Of a stretch of 64,000 nucleotides of DNA, positions 12,240 to 25,400 are shown in pieces. Position 1 is the first letter of the stretch; the number at the start of each line of letters is the position of its first letter. A program made the position numbers and the translations under genes. The notes beneath the pieces are model-generated. The model did no database searches and was not told the DNA's origin. It was given only the letters and a program-made list of their open reading frames with translations. Source of the stretch: Lama guanicoe. Taxonomy: Eukaryota. The stretch is from the NCBI GenBank assembly GCA_013239625.1, contig MU054212.1, positions 248,001 through 312,000 on the forward strand. The letters run 5' to 3'.

Positions 12240-14072
12240 AGCGGCAGCCACTCTTTCATCCCTCTGTTAATCCCTCAAGTGTCCCTCGTCCCATCTAAGT
12301 CTAATCGCTCTACTCTGCCCCAGACCTTGTGCTCTCCTGCCCACCTCCTTGAGAATCCCGTATCATCTCTCCTTCCCTCTCTCTGGGGTTTAAACTTCCC
12401 TCTCTTCAGTGATACCTTCTTTTTATCAACATTCAAATCATATGTGAGTCTCTTCCACCTTACAGAATCCCTCCCTTCAGCTGCTACCCTCTCTTCTACT
12501 CCTTTCCACAGCCAGACTTAGAGATGAAGTACTCAGTTCATCAACTGCTTTACCTTCCTCTTCATTATCCCCATCACTATTCTGCTGAGTGTTGCTTTTC
12601 CACTGACACTGCTTTTCCCAGGTCATCCATATCCCCCATGTCATTTACTCCAATGAACCCTTTTCTGCCCTTGTGTTTCCTCTTGGCATGTTTTGGGCAC
12701 TGTAACCCCCATCTTCTCAGGGCTTCCTGACACTGCTGTCTGCCAAGTGCCATCTTCATCTGTACAGACTCCTCCTCTCCCCGTCCCTCAAGACACCATC
12801 CCAGGACCACTGCCCCTTCATTCTGTGCACTCTCCTGGATGGTCTCATCAATCCCCGTGGCTGCCATTATCACGCAACCACTGATGACCCATACACGTGC
12901 CTCTCAGTAGAACTCCTGAGCTCTAGACTCATATATTCTACTCCTTCTAAATAACCCATTGGGATGGCCCACAGGCCCTCAAACTCAACACGTCCAAAGC
13001 TGAGCTTGATCACTGTGATATTTTTAAAACTCACATCAGGTGCCACCCTTCTGCATAAAACCCTTCAATGTCTGCCCATCCTGCTCTAAGTAAAAGCCTA
13101 AGGCATTATAATGGCCTAGAAGGCCCTACATAATCTGTCTCCTTTCACTTCTCTCTCCATTATTACTCCTAACCACTCTCTCCCGTACTCAAGACTACTC
13201 TAGCCATGCTGGACAGTCATGCTCACATTGCAGGGCCCTCGCATTTATGTTTTCCCTGTCTCCTCTTCCTCCAGATATAGACACTTGCTCTCAGTGGGTG
13301 GGAGGTATAGCTCAGTAGTAGAGCAAGTGTTTGGTGTGCCCAAGCTCCCGGGTTCAATCCCCAGTGCCTCTGTTAAGGAAAATAAATAAATAAATAAGCA
13401 AGCACTAGCTCTCTCACATCCTTGAAAACTTCAGTCAACTATCGCCTCTTGGTAAGGCTTTCCCTGAATATCTTGTATAAAACTCAACCCGCCCCCTGAT
13501 CTAGCATGCTTTATCCTCTTTTCCTGATTTCTTTGTCTTTATAACACTTACGAATATTTGACACACTGTATATTTTATTTATTATCTATTTCCCTTCACT
13601 AGGTTATAGGCTACATCATGGAAGGAATTTTGATCCCTTTTGTTCATTGTTGTAGTCCTAATTCCTCGAACATGGCCTGGGCACATAGGATAAGTCAATA
13701 AGTAACTGTGGAATAAATAGATGAATGAATCTCCAACTCCTCACTCCCCAAACCTGAAATTCATCATTTCAGTAAATGGCATTCCCATTTACCCAGCTGC
13801 CCAGGACAGAAACCCAAGGCTAGCTTGGACTCAGCACAATTGCTCTTACCTTACATTAAACCATCACTCAGCCCTCCAGTTATCCTCTGAAAATCATCTT
13901 CCTCTCCCACCTTCTGTCACATAGTTATTTCCCATTCATCCTTCAGGTTCCAGCCTAAATATATCACTTTTACAGACTATGTCTGTTATGTTTCCCTTTA
14001 AATGCCCAGCTAGGCCTAATACATGCCTGGCCCATAATAAGGGTTCATCAAATATTTGTTGAATGAATAAAT
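12240..14072 (+). mobile_element. L2 LINE cluster (nested L2 pieces, interrupted by a SINE)
   Basis: CT-rich L2 body (ctcaaactcaacacgtccaaagctgagct) with 3' tails cctgggcacatagg...gaataaatagatgaatgaat (about 13720) and aaatatttgttgaatgaataaa (about 14070). Confidence 0.8.
13296..13400 (+). mobile_element. tRNA-derived short SINE (camelid Vic-1-like)
   Basis: A-box tagctcagtagtaga, B-box ggttcaatcc, (aaat)n tail, degenerate TSD cact(t/a)gctctc. Confidence 0.85.
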
Positions 14073-14714
14073 AGCACTTCTCAGAAATGCCAGATTAGGT
14101 TCACCTGCTCTTTGTTGTTATGACACCCCATAAATTTCATATAACACTCATCTCACTTTTTGGTAATTTTTTTTTAGTGTTCTTTTCCACTAGATTATAA
14201 GCTCCCTGAAAGCAGAGACCTGCATGAAAGTGGAAATAAGCAAAGGAAGGTCCTAAAACACAGACACGACTGGCCTGACTATGGAAGTAGTCGTGCTGGT
14301 AATACAGGAAGTCAGTTGAATAAGTTTGGGGCAGGAGCTTGATTACAGATGGATCGATCCAGAGAACTGGACTTAATTCCACTTTTAGATATCAAAGAGA
14401 GTATAATAAATAAGCTGGGTAGATTTGGTCTCATACTTCCATATGAACTGGTTAATTTTTAGTTTGGTTTGATTATTAAATCACTAAAAGTTAGACAATA
14501 CGTTATTAGTTTTTTAATTTACCAATTTCAAACACTTCTAATCTCAATCTTGTACATTCTCTTAGATATCAGATTGCAGTCTAACTGCTCTAATAATACA
14601 CTTGACTAATTTACACAGTTTAATTGCTAATTTAAAAGAATATTTACTTATATCTATGTAGATAGATAGGATAGACAAACATTCATATACATGCATACAC
14701 ACTCAAACATCCAT

Positions 14715-14990
14715 TTTATATATGAGGAAACTGATACAGCATAATTTTTTATTTATCTCATGATCACACAGTCCATAGATAGTGGAGCTAGGATTTGAAC
14801 TGAGATCTGTGTGACTTCAAAATCCAAGCAGTTTTTGGGGGCAGAAGCTCCTGCACTCAAGACCCTCCCAGACTTCACCCTCTGTATCTCTTCCTCTGGC
14901 TGTTCATCTATATCTTTTATCATATCTTTTATTATATAATAAACTGGTAAACATAAAAAAATCCAAGCAGTTTTACTATTCCATAATATG
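14715..14990 (-). mobile_element. MIR SINE, split by the 14836-14957 insertion
   Basis: cattttatatatgaggaaactga...atcacacag...agtggagctaggatttgaac...tgacttcaaaatcc. Confidence 0.75.
14836..14957 (+). mobile_element. Polyadenylated MER21-like LTR fragment flanked by a 17-bp TSD
   Basis: AAAATCCAAGCAGTTTT at 14819-14835 and 14958-14974; AATAAA at 14938-14943; body cagaagctcctgcactcaagaccctcccagac...tatctcttcctctggctgttcat resembles MER21. Confidence 0.75.
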
Positions 14991-16239
14991 ATATAAATTC
15001 AGAGTGAAAAATATTTGTATGAAGAATTATGATAAAAATGAACACAAATTAAGATTATTTTAGCCCAATAATAAGTATTTAAGGTAGCTCATGGATGTAT
15101 TTAAAATTAATTTACTCACAGGTGGTAAAAGAAATGTCTACCATGAAGGTCTATCAAATATTCTTTGATCTTTTCCTAGATAAAACTAAGAGAGCCACTA
15201 TCATCAACCTAAACTCACACCCTCCTATCACCAACAATAAGCCCCGCTCAAGCCCAACCCTCTTTATCATACCCTGAATATTTATCTCTACAACTTGAAG
15301 ATAAACTTAAGAGTAAGACCATGCCTTTTTTCCTTTTTGTGCCCCACAGCACCCTTTGGTTCCTGTTGAATGAATGAATGATACGGGATGAGAATAAAAC
15401 AGAAACAAGTTCTTCTACCCACTTCCATTTCCAGCGCAGGCTAGTATCAACAAATCATAGCCTTGAATATTCCTAAATTCCAGAAATATATCATCAAAGC
15501 TGTCACATACACATTGAGAACCCTGACTCTGCATTTTATTATAATTTTGGTAAATATTAAGTACAAATGTATCAGTTTGATTCAACCCTCAAGCTGATTT
15601 GAGTAAATAACTATGAAGCACATATAATCACATAAAACTGAGACCATCAATAGCTAAGTTTATCCCAGTAAATAAGGATAAAGGATTTCTGAGAAGATTC
15701 AAAGTCCTGATGCTATGTCACTGTGGTGACATGATAGTACTGCAATCAAATGTGATACAAACTCTTATGCCTGAATAAGCTACTTGACTTTCTAAGGCAA
15801 AAGCTCAATAAATTATTATTTATAGGCATTCCCATCACAGTTATTTCTTTTAAAATAAATTACATATTTTTTATAGCTTTGAAGGCACATACATGTTGCC
15901 ACTAATGTCTATTATGATCATCGTTCCGTTAGAGAGTGACCCAGTCAACACTTGGTTCTAACCTATTTAACAGCCTGATCTATTTAATTGCCCCATTAGG
16001 GATTTTTAGTCCATTACAAACATTATTTAAATTATCGTTGGCTTTGGCTTGAAGAGGAACAAATTAAGAAGCATAATTTATTGTTTTGATAGACTCAATA
16101 AGGAGTTTTGACGTTCTAACACTCAAATTAAAACAGCAACCACCAGGTAAAGAAGCAAGTCATGGGGATATAAACTGAAGAATACCAATAATTATTTCTG
16201 TACCTACTATTCTCTCAGCCTCCTGTCCTTCCCCTTCAC

Positions 16240-16510
16240 TGGACAGATGCTCCTTATCCATCCAGACTCGGTGCTAACAGCTCTTCCTCCTTAATTAGAC
16301 CCCTTTGTTATGTGCTCCCTCTACTTCCCTGTCGTAACACTCAAAATGTTTTGTTGTAATTACACTTTTAATGTCTGACTTTGCTGCTAGATTATAAGAT
16401 CCCTGAGGACAGGGTTGATGCCTGTCTTATTTACTCCTCTGTACCCAACACCCACAACAGTGCCTGATCCACAAGAGGCATGAGATACATGTCTGTTAAA
16501 CTGAAATGAA
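16240..16510 (+). mobile_element. L2 3' end
   Basis: ctagattataagatccctgaggacaggg...cacaacagtgcctga. Confidence 0.7.
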
Positions 16511-16789
16511 GTTAATTTGACCACTTCCAATGATTTGTAGTTTGGATCTTAGTGAAATCTGTTAGATTTACTTTCTATTACTTGTAGGAAATTCATGTTG
16601 ATGGGCAAGGAGTCACACACAAAGATTTTCAGAACAGCATTATAGTAGATAAAAATAAGAAAATAGATAAATAGATTACTATAGGTATAGTCATACTAGA
16701 GGATATTTCAAAGTCTATATAAGGTTGTATTTCTGAAGTTTTCTGAACGACATGGGGAAATTCTCATGATATGATATTAAATAATAATA

Positions 16790-17090
16790 AAATGGTATTT
16801 ATCAAGTGTTATGAGCCAGCCTTTCTTCTAACAGATTTATATATGTTAACTAATTTAATCCTCACAATAAATCTACAAGATCCACAGGTAATTCATATAT
16901 CCATGAAAGTTTGAGAAGCACTGACTATTCCCCTCATTTTACAGAGGAGAAAACTGAAGGCCAAAAGAGTTTTCCTCTTCCCAAGATCACACAGCTGGCA
17001 GGGTGGAAGGGGGTGGCCAAGAACAGAAGAGTTAGATTCAAATCCAAGATACTCAAAACTCAGACCAGTATTCTTTCTGTTATAACGCAC
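16790..17090 (-). mobile_element. MIR SINE
   Basis: atttaatcctcacaa...cctcattttacagaggagaaaactgaagg...cccaagatcacacagct. Confidence 0.8.
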
Positions 17091-18654
17091 TGAAAAGCTC
17101 TGAATATGATGGATCTTTCTTTTTTTCCTTTTCTCCCACCTCCAAATGGTTTTCACCTCATAGAGTACCTAAAGCTTGGTAATGCACAAAAGCCGTGTCA
17201 TTCCCTGAGGAAATTTAAAGTTGGCAGAGGGAGGCTTAGAAATTAAGTGCCTGAAAGCCAGTAACTGGCCCCAGAGATCTCCAAGGACTGCTGTCCAGTC
17301 CAAGATTCCATGACATCTGCACCACAGCCTGAATAGGAACCAGAATGCTGGTATCCAATGCAGTGAGAATTTATTTCGTAGTTATCAAAGCAAACCAAAG
17401 GTTATCAGTGGGTTGGACATTTAAAGATTAAGTACAGCTGATCGCACTCAGCTCTTATGCAGGTAGCTTAACTTCAGTGGGTCTGGTCTCTCTCTGAAGG
17501 GAAAATGGAGGTGTTTATGATCCTGTATCATAATGGGTTCCAGGTGACCCAGGCTAGGCGGCTGAGTCAGGCCCTCTCTTCTTTGATTTACATGGCAGGA
17601 TCCAGGCCATCCCTAAATTGAAAAGATATAGTAATGAGCAAATGCAGAAAAAGAAAAGAGAAAAAAAAGAGCTGAGGGAAAACGTGGAGTGCTTTTCCAA
17701 GTCCAAAGTGAGCTATGGCTGCCCTCTCTGCCTCAGAAGGTATGATCATAAATTACTAGCTAATGTTTAGCACTGGGGCTCTGGCTCATGATATATTACA
17801 GAAGACAAGATGCCTCCAAGCAGAAAACACTGTAATTGGGGAGCAATAACATCTGTGTCAGTCATGGGACCGCAGTTAAAGTGAACTGAAAAGTTACAGG
17901 CTGGGCTGCACATGCAAAGTAATAATATGCACATTTTTTAGCTAAAAAGATATGTCATCAAGATATGGACCTCTTTAAATTCTTTGGTGTCATGAGAGCC
18001 TGAAGAGTATCAGTAGGACCCCCAGATTTCTGTTTTAACATTAGCGCTATGTTAGCCAACACCTCAAGGGAATTGCAGTTTAGAAGGCAACAGAGCCTGA
18101 GGAAATCAGAGTTCGGGCTTAGTTTTCTGGGGCGTGGATTCCAGGTCATTGTGCTGCTTTGCTGCATTGAGCAGGAAATCTCTCTGAGCCTCCTAATGTG
18201 CAAGGTCAAAGGATTCATGCATGATGGAGCTGGGTCCCAAATACAGATCTTCTGGCTATAAATCCTGTCAGCTTCCCAGCACATCTCTCTGTTTGTTATG
18301 ATGACGTTGATATTTAAATAATTATAATACAATGAGTTGATATTTATTCTGGAACTAAAATGTGTGCTGAGGACCTTTGTTCCTGGATAGATCAAAGAAA
18401 AGAGAACTGATTTTTTGTAACCTTCCATTTAAAAAATTCTCCAGTCACATGGTAATTGCTAAAAAGCCAAACCATCTAGAAGTGTTCAGGAAGAGACTGC
18501 TAGTTGAGGGTAGACTAGAGAGATTTCAAATGAGTTAAAATTTTTGCCCAGATGGCCAGACTCTGAGGTCCCTTTGACTCTCATAATTGATTACTTTGGG
18601 GCTCACTACTGAGGCCAAAGTCCACCTGTGCCATTGAACACCCTCTTTCTTCGT

Positions 18655-18734
18655 AGGGTGACCAGGACTGCCCCGGTTTTGCACTTAAAGTCCCGTGTCC
18701 TGAAACTGAGTCCTAAGCAAATGAGAACCACCCT
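18655..18734 (+). mobile_element. MER94-like hAT-Blackjack MITE
   Basis: Terminal inverted repeats agggtg...caccct; internal ccggttttgcacttaaagtcccgtgtcc. Confidence 0.7.
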
Positions 18735-19937
18735 ACTTCTTACCACCAGGCTGTGTCTCTGGCCCTTGTCCAAATCAGCACAGTGCTTTTAACTGCATCC
18801 TTCCACCCACACTATTAAAAGTGAATCCACACTATAAAGAGTCCTTGTCACTATACCATGAGTCTTGAGCAAACCTCTTGATGTTCATCTCATTTTCATT
18901 CCAACATACATACTCAGGTAACTGAGCAAGTACCTGGGTCTGTTTCTCTGTCAAGCCCTCTTGGAATGATGCCTCAGGTGGACCATCTGCTTGGATTCAC
19001 CACCAGACACTGTCTTTCAGGTCTACCAGCCCCACTCTCCTACTCCTGTCAGGCCCAATTTACGTAGTTTTGTCACTGGGACCCTGCTTATTGAGGAAGG
19101 GTACTACTGGGTTACTCTTATGCCATCACTGCTGCCTAGTCCTAGTAAAGGCATGGTATAACCCAACATCAAAGCTACCACGTGGATTTCTTACCATCAA
19201 GCTACTGTATCAGCTCTAGATCTACTGCCAGAATTCTTTAAAACCTGGTTGTTTGTAGATATGAGCCCTTTCCAAGGGCTCAAATACCACCATTTTTATA
19301 AGTTTGTTTTCTTATTTGCTGACTAGTGTTGCCTTTGACCATATTGAATATCCACCTCATGCTGTACATAAAAACCTTTAAACAATGAACTTATTCTTAT
19401 TATGAAAAAAATTCTTAGCATAAATAGATTTATCCCAAGAGCCAAAAGAATATAAAGTATGGTAGATTGGAAAGTCCAGTTTTTGTTTTTCATTAGACTG
19501 AAGCCTGGTGGTTTAAACTATTCTAAGGTTGCTGTTTGATTGTATTTTCCATTTATATCGAAGATAATGCTGTAAAGGTGAAACTGTATAGAATGGATCA
19601 GTACTTAGCACAGAGCCCCAAACCATATGTTCAAAATGCATCTTCTTCACTCCCCAAAGTTAGGGACACTACTGACAATTCTTTATATGTTTTTTTGTCT
19701 TAATTAATCTACATCTTATCCTATACAAAAAGGATCTGAAGCAGTCTTCTGGAAAGATGAACAATGTTCTCAGGCTCTTTCTTTGGAGCATCTAAAAAGC
19801 TAGTCTTGTGGAGAGAAGTAGAGAGGTTGAAGAGAAGATGCTAAGCTGTCCTGAGTTAAGATAGTGTTTAAAATGCTTTGAAATTCAGATCCCTACAAGC
19901 ATCCTCCTGACAAAAGCACTGGAATGAATTTCCACCA

Positions 19938-20590
19938 GTGGCAGAAACTCCTGTTGTCTGCCCTATATGTATTCTCTCCTTCTCTCTTACTAACAGAATG
20001 TCAGCCTTCCTCTAGGCACCCATTCATTCTCTCTTGCAGTCAGGGATGACTGATGAGATGTAAGTGGAAGCTTATACAAGGAGCTTACTCTTCTTGGGGA
20101 AACAACTCTGGGACCTTCTGCCCTCTGTCCTTCCTCCTTCATTCTACCTAGTATGTGTCAGGTTGTCAGATGTGGCAAATAAAAATATAGGATGTCTAGT
20201 TAAATTTTAGTTTCAGATAAACAAGTACTTTTTGATATAAATATATCCTATGCAGTCTAGGACATAATTATACTAAAAAAATGTTTATCCAAAATTCAAA
20301 TTTAACTGAGGATCCTATATTTTATCTATTTTATCATGTCCCCAAGAATGTGGACGTGAAGACTGAAGCTCCAGCAGCCATCCTAGACCATAAAGAGAAC
20401 TTATGGCCAAAAGCCATACAAAAAGGATGATAGAGAGGAAACATGGAAGAGCCCAGAAGACCAGGAAGTGCCATACTAACCCTGAGACACCTTCCTCAAA
20501 ACTTCTACATCATACAAACAAAGCTTTATTTTGTTTGAGTCACCATTATTCAGAATGTGTAACATGTAACCAAACTCAATCCTAAATGGT
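19938..20590 (+). mobile_element. MaLR LTR (MLT1J-like) carrying a MER53 insertion
   Basis: gtggcagaaact...ttctctccttctctcttactaacagaa...gaagctccagcagccatcctagaccat...aaccaaactcaatcctaa. Confidence 0.6.
20160..20327. mobile_element. MER53 palindromic MITE
   Basis: Arms ataaaaatataggatgtctagttaaatttt and aaattcaaatttaactgaggatcctatattttat are near reverse complements and match the recalled MER53 consensus. Confidence 0.8.
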
Positions 20591-21039
20591 AAGCTACCAT
20601 TTCCACATTCCTTTTCCTCTCCACCCTCTTTTATGCTCTTTTTTGTCTCCCCAGGGCAGATCAGGTGCACTTTAGGTTGATTTTATCCATTTACAAGGAT
20701 AAATGGGTAGAGGAAATCCCACAAAATTATCTGTACCCTTCCTACACCTTAAGAAACAGTTTAAACTAAAGGAGGAAAATATAGAAATATGACCTGAAGT
20801 CCTTTAGGAAAAAAATGTCTATGTGACTCCCAAAAGACTATCAAGTGATGAAGAAATTTCCTCCAAGCACCACCATGAACATATCATATTTGGAGAGGTC
20901 TGTTTCAGGGAAGGTGTGAAATTAGGCAGAGATAGGAAGCACTGATGAAATGCTAAAGAGAAGGCAATACATCAGAAAATATCCAATGCTGTTTATCTCG
21001 GATTCTATGGCACTGTGGGTTGCATTAATAATTGTACTT

Positions 21040-21300
21040 ATAGCTATTATTAAACACTTACAAATCAGAATTATACTAAGCATTTTATTCATGTTTAAAT
21101 ACATTATTTAACCCCCATCCTGATCCTATGAGATTAATATTATTAGTAACTTTATTTTGCATATAAGGAAACCAAGACTCAGAAAGGAAAAGGAACTGCT
21201 TCCAAATCAAAAAGCATGCAAAGATGTGCAGCAGGAGTTTGAGTCCAGGTCTTTCTGGCTCCAAATTCCAGATTCTGTGCTCTTAATCACAATTCCGTAC
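21040..21300 (-). mobile_element. MIR SINE
   Basis: attttgcatataaggaaaccaagactcaga...ggagtttgagtccaggtct...gtgctcttaatcac. Confidence 0.75.
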
Positions 21301-22699
21301 TGTTTCCACGTTATCTGATGATTTGACAAAGACATTTCAGAATTCAGTTCAGTTCCTTCATACACATACACACACACACGTGCAGACACACACCAAATAT
21401 ATATACATATACATGTATCTAACTCCTAAAGTAGGGGAAAAAAGTATACAACTTCACAGGCAAAAGGATTGAGCACATGTTAAATGAATTGAAACCTCAC
21501 TTCCTGACATCCTGCACTTAAGCTCTGCAGATGAAAGGATGCTCTGAGCCTGGATTCAGCTCCCTTCTAAAAAATCGCTAAAAGCACAATACGAAATACA
21601 GGATTTTTATCAGGTTCGTTGTTACTCTGAGCCCCACTTACTGAGCAGAGAAACTGATGTCCAAAAATCAGAATGTCCTAGGAGAGTGTTAGAACTGATG
21701 TGGTGGGGGGGCACTGGTGAAGGGGGAGAAGATCCATCTGGAGAAGAATTAAAGTTTAGCCTCAATTGACCTAAGCATCATGTGTTTAACCTTCTCTACC
21801 AACTTGCTCTTACCACAGACCACTTCCATTTTAGGTCTCCTAAAATCACAGATTGATCAGGCACATCCCCCACACAGACTCCCTTTGTCGTAACTTAGCT
21901 TTACAAGAGCGCCCACAACATTTGGAGAACGTTTAGCCTCCCTGGGCTCACAGACACAGGCCACGATGGTATAACATGATGAAGAGTTCTCTCTGAAGAT
22001 TGCTGAATCACAGGAAAGGCACAATCCAAGCAGGAAAAATGTGCCTTGCACTTTTCCACAGAATTCACCTATTGCAAATGGGGGTGGTTAGGTTTCCATG
22101 AATAGGGCACCCGAGGAGAATAGCTAATAACAGACTGATCCAGAATTGAGAAAGAATAGCATGGCATCTTGCCCCAGTCATGAATAGATGACATAACAAA
22201 GAGAGAGGAAAAAGAAACAAGGAATTCAGGAGTAATGGGGAGACCAGGGCTCACCAGTCAGGCGTCTGGTAAGCACCGAGTGTGGGAACTTTTCCTTGCC
22301 TCTGAGACGCATATTGTTGTCCAACAATGGCACAGCGGCTGACGTTGCAAAGCCTCCATTTCAGAGGAGAAACCAGCAGAGGTGTTCTGCTCCTCCTCTC
22401 CCCTTTGGGAAATCCTGGGAATTGCCAGCCAGCTTGCGGTATTGTTAAAGATGTGAAATAACAACATGGGGCAAGCTCTGTGTTTATAACAGGCAGAGAA
22501 TGGGATTAATAGAATTCTCAGAGCCTTACGCCAACGTCATGCAGTAAAACTTGCTCTGGACTGGGACACTAGTCGTTAACAGTGGAGTCCCTGTTCAGCC
22601 ACCAACTTAACAGGAGACTTTGGCAAGTAACCCCACCTCTCTGGTCCTCAATGTCCTCACCTGTAAAGCAAGAAGGTGATATTGCTGGATTAATGAATC

Positions 22700-24350
22700 T
22701 CTTCATTCAACAATATTAATTGAGCTAGAACTGCATAAATGAATGCCTCATGGATCTTACAGTCTAGTGAATATGACAGACAGTAAAAAGGTAAACTCAT
22801 AAATGTCTTTGGTGATAAGGGCTATGAAGAAAAAAATCATCATAAAAGAAATGAGAGCAATGAGTTAAGTTGGCATGCTAAAATAGGGTTGTCAGGGGAG
22901 GCTGCTCTGAAAAGGAGACACTGAGCAGAAACTAGAATGATGAGAAGAAGACAGGTGAAGACCTGGGGAAAGAATGTCCCAGGCATGTGCAGCCATAAAA
23001 TAGGAGCATAGTTGGCATATATGAGGTACATCAAAGAGACCAGTGTGGCTGGAGTAGAGAGAACAAGGGGAAAAGTGTTTGGAGAGGAGATGGGAGAAAA
23101 GTAGGAGCCAGGCTGTTTAAGTTTAGAATCAGTTTTTAAGTCTAATGTGTGATACAAAACCACTGGAGGTACTTATTAAGCAGAGAGGTGCCTTGAACCT
23201 TATTAAAAGATCACTCTGGCTGATGAAAGTAGATAGATCAGTTATTCATTCAATAATAATTTAATGAGCACCAATACCCATCAGGCTTTGTTGCGAGTGC
23301 AGGGGGGGTACATCAATGAATAAAATAGATCTGTGTTCTGATAGAAATTACATCCCAGTGTAAGACCACTTGGAAAACGATTATAGCGGTCTACTGAAAA
23401 ATGATACTGATTTGGAAAAAGGTAGTAGTAATGGAAGTAATAAAGACTAGTCAGATTCCGGATTGGTTTTTTTGTTTGTTTTTTTCAGATTTGTTTTAAA
23501 GGCAGAGCCAAAAGGATCTGTCAATAGATGGATGGGGGAGGGGGGCAGGTAAGAAAATAAATAAAAGACTGTGAGGTAAATAGATAGATAGATATCCATC
23601 CCTCTGTCTCCCTCTATTTCCCTCGTTTTCTTGTTTTCTAAATTTAGCTGACTCCTGGATGCATCCTTCTCATCATTCTCATTTCTGCCAATATAACCTC
23701 TTCAGAAAAGCCTTCCCTGACAACTTTAAAGTGCCAAGTTAACTCATCACTCTCTTTCCTTTTACTACTATTGTACCATTTACTGAAATAAGAAAGACTT
23801 TAGGAGGAGTACAGTTTTATTGGGAGCCATGATTTGGAGACTTTAACTTTAAGATGCCTACTTAATATTCAGAAGAAACATATTCAGCTAGTTTGTCATA
23901 TAGCTTGGAGGTTAGGAGAAAGGTTGGGGGTGAACATGCAAATCTGTGCTATCACCTGAGAAAGATATGCATGTACTTAAGAGAAGAGGACACAGTACTT
24001 TCTACAGTATTACAAAAATTAGAGCTCAAGAAAGGGACGAGTAGCTAGTGAGACTGAACAAGGAAGGTGAGAATGTTGTCCCAGAAACCACATGCAGGAT
24101 GAGGAAAGCATTAGCTTTCTCAGCTGCTTGAGAGTTGAGTAAAGATTGAAAAAGAACTATTGGATTTGTTAACATGGAGACCATTGGTGACCTTGAGTGG
24201 TTCCAGTGGATTTATAAGGATAGAATCCTGCTCAAAATGGGTTAAAGAGAAAGTGGGAGCCAAGGAATTAGAGACAGCTCTTCTAAGTTTAGACAGCTCC
24301 TTTACAGAACTGGATCATAAGGGGAGTAAAAAAATGGGCAGCAACTAATA
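22700..24350 (-). mobile_element. L2 LINE fragments
   Basis: cattcaacaatattaattgagc tail; gaccagtgtggctggagtagag; ttggatttgttaacatggagaccattggtgaccttga. Confidence 0.7.
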
Positions 24351-24579
24351 AGAGGGGAGTGTTTGTTTATTTGCTTTTAAGATGGGAGATGCAATTTGAA
24401 AAACCAATTGTAAAAAAGATCTTTTGACACAGTCATGAAAATCTTCCCCAAATGAAAGTTTGAGGGTAATAGATAAAACTAGATTGGCAAAATATAATTG
24501 TTGAATTTGGATGGGGATATATGGAGTTCATTATGCTCTTCTCTTTACTTTTGTGCATGTGTCAAAAGATTTTAAAGTG

Positions 24580-25400
24580 AGAAAAAGATGAGACCTAATT
24601 AGACTACAGCAGTGGGCCATTGCCATGATGGTCCAGACACATGCTAGGGTGTTGTCAGAGGAGGCTGAGTGGGAAGCCAGGACGTTAACCACCTCCAGGA
24701 GATAGTGAGCCCCCTCTCCCCTCAGTGTTTCCGTGGAGGACATGTAGATAGTAGTAACAAGACACTCTCTCCCTTCCAGCCAGTGTGATGTCAGCAGAGG
24801 CCTAGAGGGGAAGCCTGACGTCGTCCACCCTCAGCAAAAACAGAGTACCACCCCCATCAAGTGTCAATGGAGGCTGAGTGGGGAACTGTACTTCCACCCC
24901 CACTTGGCAGAATCAAGACAAGAACCCCTTTCCCTGCCAGTATGGAATCAGAGGAGGCCTGCGAAAACAGAAGATTTAAATAAGCTTCATAGGAAAAGAA
25001 TCTGAAAAAGAATATATACGTGTGTGTGTGTGTGTATATATATATATAATGTATATAAATACACATATATGCATAACTGAATCACTTTGCCATGCTCCTG
25101 GAATGTTGTAAATTAACTACACTTCAATTTTAAAAATAAAATAAAAATAAATAAAGCTCCGCAGTCTCATAACACAATACACAAAATGTCCAAGATACAA
25201 ATGAAAATCCCTCATCATACCAAGAACCAGGAAAATCTCAACTTGAATGAGAAAAGACAATCAACAGAGGCCAACACCAAGATGACCCGGGTATTGGAAT
25301 TATCTGACAAGAATTTTAACGCATCCATCATAAAAATGCTTCAAAAAGCAATTATGAATATACTTGAAACAAATGAAAAAATTAAAAGTCTCAAATAGTA
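24580..25400 (+). mobile_element. Old L1 (L1MC/MD-like) 5' region and ORF1 start
   Basis: ORF 25186-25398 (…NQENLNLNEKRQSTEANTKMTRVLELSDKNFNASIIKML…) resembles the N-terminus of old L1 ORF1p. Confidence 0.65.
24990..25150 (+). mobile_element. Lineage-specific L1 3' tail containing a (TG)n(TA)n tract
   Basis: gaaaagaatctgaaaaagaatata...ataactgaatcactttgc...tgtaaattaactacacttcaat followed by an A-rich tail. Confidence 0.8.

Noticed and set aside
17958..18428. Longest ORF (156 aa, minus)
   Set aside because: No recognisable domain, AT-rich codons, overlaps MIR-like sequence; consistent with chance.
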